Assembly (NCBI GenBank): GCA_934130935.1
Contig: CAKOYQ010000004.1
Location: 27,060-91,059, forward strand
Length of the DNA stretch: 64,000 nt
Source: an uncultured Clostridia bacterium
GTDB taxonomy: Bacteria > Bacillota > Clostridia > TANB77 > CAG-508
Reading direction: 5' to 3'
The notes under the pieces were generated by a model. It saw nothing but the letters and a program-made list of their open reading frames with translations, made no database searches and was not told the origin of the DNA. Positions 62,469 to 64,000 of the stretch are shown here, piece after piece; within the stretch, counting starts at the first letter, position 1, and every line of letters begins with the position of its first letter. A program made the position numbers and the translations under genes.

Positions 62469-64000
62469 TTAAAATAATGATTTTATTTTACTTATTAGAT
62501 AATGGCTTCCACCTAAATCTCTACCATTTTCTACCATACTTATTATTAATAATTGATTATTATTCTCATCTGTTGTAAAACAATCAAACCAGCCAAGTAC
62601 GTCTGCTTCTGCATCTTTTGAATCTTTCAATTCTGCTGTTCCTGTTTTTCCTGCAATAGTTCTTCCAGCAACCTTCATATCCTTTGCAGTTCCTTGCTCT
62701 ACTACTTGTATTAAATCATCTTTTATCGTATTTGCAGCTTCTTTAGAGAATGCATTTTCTACTAAATATTCTGTTTTATTGCCATCTTTTGCTTCTAAAT
62801 ATGGTTTAATCATATTTCCGTCATTTGCAAAAGCAGAATATATAGAAGCCATATGTATAGGATTTACAAGAATCTCGCCCTGTCCATATCCACTATCTGC
62901 TAGTACTTTCTCATTTTGAATATCATCACTATTTGAATATTGGGATTTAGATGTTGTTAAAGTAAAATCTATATTTTCTCCAAATTTTATTTTTTTCAAT
63001 CCACTTGTAAAATTGTTTTTTCCAATTTGTAAAGCTGCTTGTGCAAAATAAATATTATCAGAATATATTAGAGCATTTCTCAAGTTTTTAGGCCCATTAT
63101 ATGCTGTAAGTGTTGTTATGTCATATTCACCCCAACCATCTTTTTTCCAACTTAATCCATTATAAGAAAATGTATCTTCTACTTTTAATGAATTAGTTGT
63201 TAGTCCTACTGCGCCAGTTATAGGCTTAAATGTTGAACCTGGGCAATAACTTTGAAGATATCTTGTAAGCATTGGTTTCTTTTCATTATCTTTAATTTCA
63301 TTCCATTTTTCTGTGTTCATTCCTAGTGCAAAATCATTTGGATTATATGATGGTGTACTAACAAGTGCTAATAATGCACCTGTCTTAGGATGCATTACAA
63401 CAAAACATCCTTCATTATCTTTAAGTTCATTATATAATTTTGTTTGAATGTTTGAGTCTATTGTTAATTTGATATCTTCACCATTTTGCACATCAATTTT
63501 AGCAATATCTGTTTTTCTTGTTCCCTTTGAATCTTCTATATATATTTCTACTCCATCTTTTCCTTTTAATCTATCTTCAAAAATTCTTTCTAGTCCTGCT
63601 TTTCCTATAACACTTGTGCTTGTATAACCTTTTCCTCTATTTTCTTGTAGTTCTTCTGCAGTAATATTTTGTACATAACCAACTAAATGTGCTGCTGCTT
63701 CTCCTAAAGGATATGTTCTTCCTTTATCTGTTGTTATTTTTACACCTGATATTTGAAGTAATTGCTCTTTTAGATTATTATCATCTTTTGAAACTTTTTT
63801 TATTGGAACAAAAGAATCATCTTTTACCCATGAGGCTGATAAACTTTTGTTAATCGAATCTACTGTCACTCCTAGTAAATTAGCCATTTTTTCTATATTT
63901 TCATTTTTATTTTCTCCAAGCTTTCCTGGCACAATTCCAACTGAAGATACTGACCCTTTTCCTGCTAATAACTGTCCATCTTTATCAGTAATTAAACCTC
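62469..64000 (-). CDS. Class B penicillin-binding protein, transpeptidase domain; 5'-partial (reading frame stays open to the window end)
   Basis: SxxK motif GSTFKPITG, SxN motif YSDNIYFAQ, and KTG motif GKTGTAE. The frame upstream of the track start remains open through nt 64000. Confidence 0.7.
   Translation of the reverse strand, partial: GLITDKDGQLLAGKGSVSSVGIVPGKLGENKNENIEKMANLLGVTVDSINKSLSASWVKDDSFVPIKKVSKDDNNLKEQLLQISGVKITTDKGRTYPLGEAAAHLVGYVQNITAEELQENRGKGYTSTSVIGKAGLERIFEDRLKGKDGVEIYIEDSKGTRKTDIAKIDVQNGEDIKLTIDSNIQTKLYNELKDNEGCFVVMHPKTGALLALVSTPSYNPNDFALGMNTEKWNEIKDNEKKPMLTRYLQSYCPGSTFKPITGAVGLTTNSLKVEDTFSYNGLSWKKDGWGEYDITTLTAYNGPKNLRNALIYSDNIYFAQAALQIGKNNFTSGLKKIKFGENIDFTLTTSKSQYSNSDDIQNEKVLADSGYGQGEILVNPIHMASIYSAFANDGNMIKPYLEAKDGNKTEYLVENAFSKEAANTIKDDLIQVVEQGTAKDMKVAGRTIAGKTGTAELKDSKDAEADVLGWFDCFTTDENNNQLLIISMVENGRDLGGSHYLISKIKSLF

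Overview
This 64-kb window comes from a very AT-rich, low-GC Firmicutes chromosome, probably a Clostridia-like spore-former because dpaB (spoVFB) is present. Almost everything is on the minus strand. Every call below comes from reading the supplied ORF translations and the raw sequence by eye, with no database searches.

- **1 to ~31.4 kb: one conjugative element** with a Tn1549/CTn-like backbone. It carries a MobC protein, a MOBP relaxase and a candidate oriT hairpin. It encodes a Toprim/DUF3991 primase, T4SS ATPases (VirB4 and a VirD4/TraG coupling protein), a VirB6/TrbL-like membrane protein and a TcpE-like protein. It also has a Maff2-like peptide, PcfB-like and DpnD/PcfM-like proteins, a ParA/ParB partition pair, and a ~2,480-aa polyvalent methyltransferase/SNF2-helicase gene. 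A dedicated class-B sortase and a 1,431-aa sortase-anchored Cna-B adhesin complete the cargo. Several of its core genes are broken by frameshifts.
- **~31.4 to 32.5 kb:** a 1.1-kb gene-free, ~85% AT stretch.
- **~32.5 to 43.5 kb:** a housekeeping fatty-acid/acetyl-CoA-carboxylase operon: acyl-CoA synthetase, birA, fabD, fabG, fabF, accB, fabZ, accC, accD, accA, fabI. accD and the 3' end of fabD appear frameshifted.
- **~44 to 52 kb: an accessory island.** It holds a frameshifted RhuM/Fic gene and a five-gene candidate defense cassette: PD-(D/E)XK nuclease, WYL regulator, SpoVK/CbbX-type AAA+ ATPase, DUF2779 Cas4-like nuclease, and a second PD-(D/E)XK protein. A GNAT acetyltransferase follows.
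- **~52 to 64 kb:** LiaF-like and DUF4097 envelope genes, a ZIP transporter, a MacB-like ABC exporter, a divergent TetR regulator, a zeta-toxin-like P-loop protein, a Xer-type recombinase, dpaB, and a 5'-partial class-B PBP.

Three things stand out as most worth follow-up. The first is the WYL/AAA+/nuclease cassette as a possible undescribed defense system. The second is a type-I toxin-antitoxin-like locus, a 37-aa hydrophobic peptide with a convergent small-RNA candidate, inside the conjugative element. The third is a set of repeated intergenic elements flanking the fab region and the island. No rRNA, tRNA, CRISPR array or IS transposase was recognised.
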